Shown here one piece after another: positions 4,946 through 5,281 of a stretch of DNA of 5,281 nucleotides; position 1 is the first letter of the stretch, and each line of letters begins with the position of its first letter. A program made the translations under genes and the position numbers. The DNA comes from an uncultured Gammaproteobacteria bacterium (GTDB taxonomy: Bacteria; Patescibacteriota; Patescibacteriia; UBA2591; UBA6264). Where the stretch lies: positions 427 through 5,707 of the forward strand of contig CAZTWG010000027.1 in assembly GCA_964617525.1 (NCBI GenBank), given 5' to 3'. The notes beneath the pieces are model-generated. The model ran no database searches. It was not told the DNA's origin and was given only the letters and a program-made list of their open reading frames with translations.

Positions 4946-5281
4946 TATTAGCAAAAACAAGGCGTTAATGCTTTCCCGAGCTTCTTTTTTTATATACCTT
5001 TTTGTTTTAGATAGGATTTTAAGAAAGATTGCTATAAAGGGTTTGATAAATTTTTATCCAAACAAGAATATTGCTTTTGGGATTCCTTGTCCAGATTTTA
5101 TCTTATATCCTTTATTGGGATTTATCTTTTATTTTATAGTTAGCAATTTTATTTCTGCTTTTCAAAAAGAAAAAGCAGTAGAATTTTTTGCTTTTTTCTT
5201 AATTTTTGTTGGAGCTTTAAGTAACGTTTTAGACAGAATTAATTATTCTTTTATTATTGACTACTTGAATATTTTTTCTTT
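4935..5281 (+). CDS. lspA: Lipoprotein signal peptidase (signal peptidase II), N-terminal 115 codons, 3'-truncated by the window edge
   Basis: My own translation of the frame that stays open to the window end: MGFNISKNKALMLSRASFFIYLFVLDRILRKIAIKGLINFYPNKNIAFGIPCPDFILYPLLGFIFYFIVSNFISAFQKEKAVEFFAFFLIFVGALSNVLDRINYSFIIDYLNIFS. It matches LspA landmarks. TM1 ends in D-x-x-x-K (VLDRILRK). N-x-x-I-AFG corresponds to the N-x-G-A-AFG box. GALSNVLDR corresponds to GGA-x-GN-x-x-DR and contains the first catalytic Asp (codon 5232..5234). IIDYL corresponds to VVDF[IL]. The start is ambiguous. ATG 4935 overlaps the upstream stop by 11 nt. ATG 4968 is preceded by AAGG 5 nt upstream. Confidence 0.85.
   Translation, partial: MGFNISKNKALMLSRASFFIYLFVLDRILRKIAIKGLINFYPNKNIAFGIPCPDFILYPLLGFIFYFIVSNFISAFQKEKAVEFFAFFLIFVGALSNVLDRINYSFIIDYLNIFS

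Noticed and set aside
1-5281. Checked for CRISPR repeats, tRNA/rRNA signatures, IS-element terminal inverted repeats, integrase/transposase ORFs, toxin-antitoxin pairs and defence-system hallmarks
   Set aside because: I could see no regularly spaced repeats, no tRNA-like T-arm or anticodon structure, no mobile-element genes, and no abrupt compositional break. The window reads as core chromosome.

Overview
Visibly AT-rich bacterial chromosomal DNA using the standard genetic code. The style suggests a small-genome lineage such as CPR/Patescibacteria, but that is inference only. I can support five protein-coding genes. On the minus strand, rpsA (four-domain ribosomal protein S1, 1931..3001) is followed 27 bp later by ftsH (89..1903), probably as one operon. 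A 269-bp divergent intergenic region follows (3002..3270). On the plus strand there is an uncharacterised 377-aa protein with an N-terminal membrane anchor (3271..4404). Next is a small DksA/TraR-type C4 zinc-finger protein, whose real start is most likely ATG 4571 rather than the TTG at 4514 in the ORF track. Last is the 5' part of lipoprotein signal peptidase lspA (4935..5281). lspA runs off the window end, so it is absent from the ORF track, and it overlaps the zinc-finger gene by 11 nt. I found no rRNA, tRNA, CRISPR array, transposase, integrase or obvious mobile-element boundary. The window is mostly housekeeping, and I do not see a convincing novel multi-gene system. The items most worth a second look are: (1) a cluster of ATTGTTGA octamers forming an 11-bp perfect inverted repeat against a consensus -35 box; (2) the orphan membrane-anchored protein just downstream, possibly made from a leaderless mRNA; (3) no Shine-Dalgarno sequence before any of the five starts; (4) the translationally coupled DksA/TraR-lspA pair and the hairpin in front of it.
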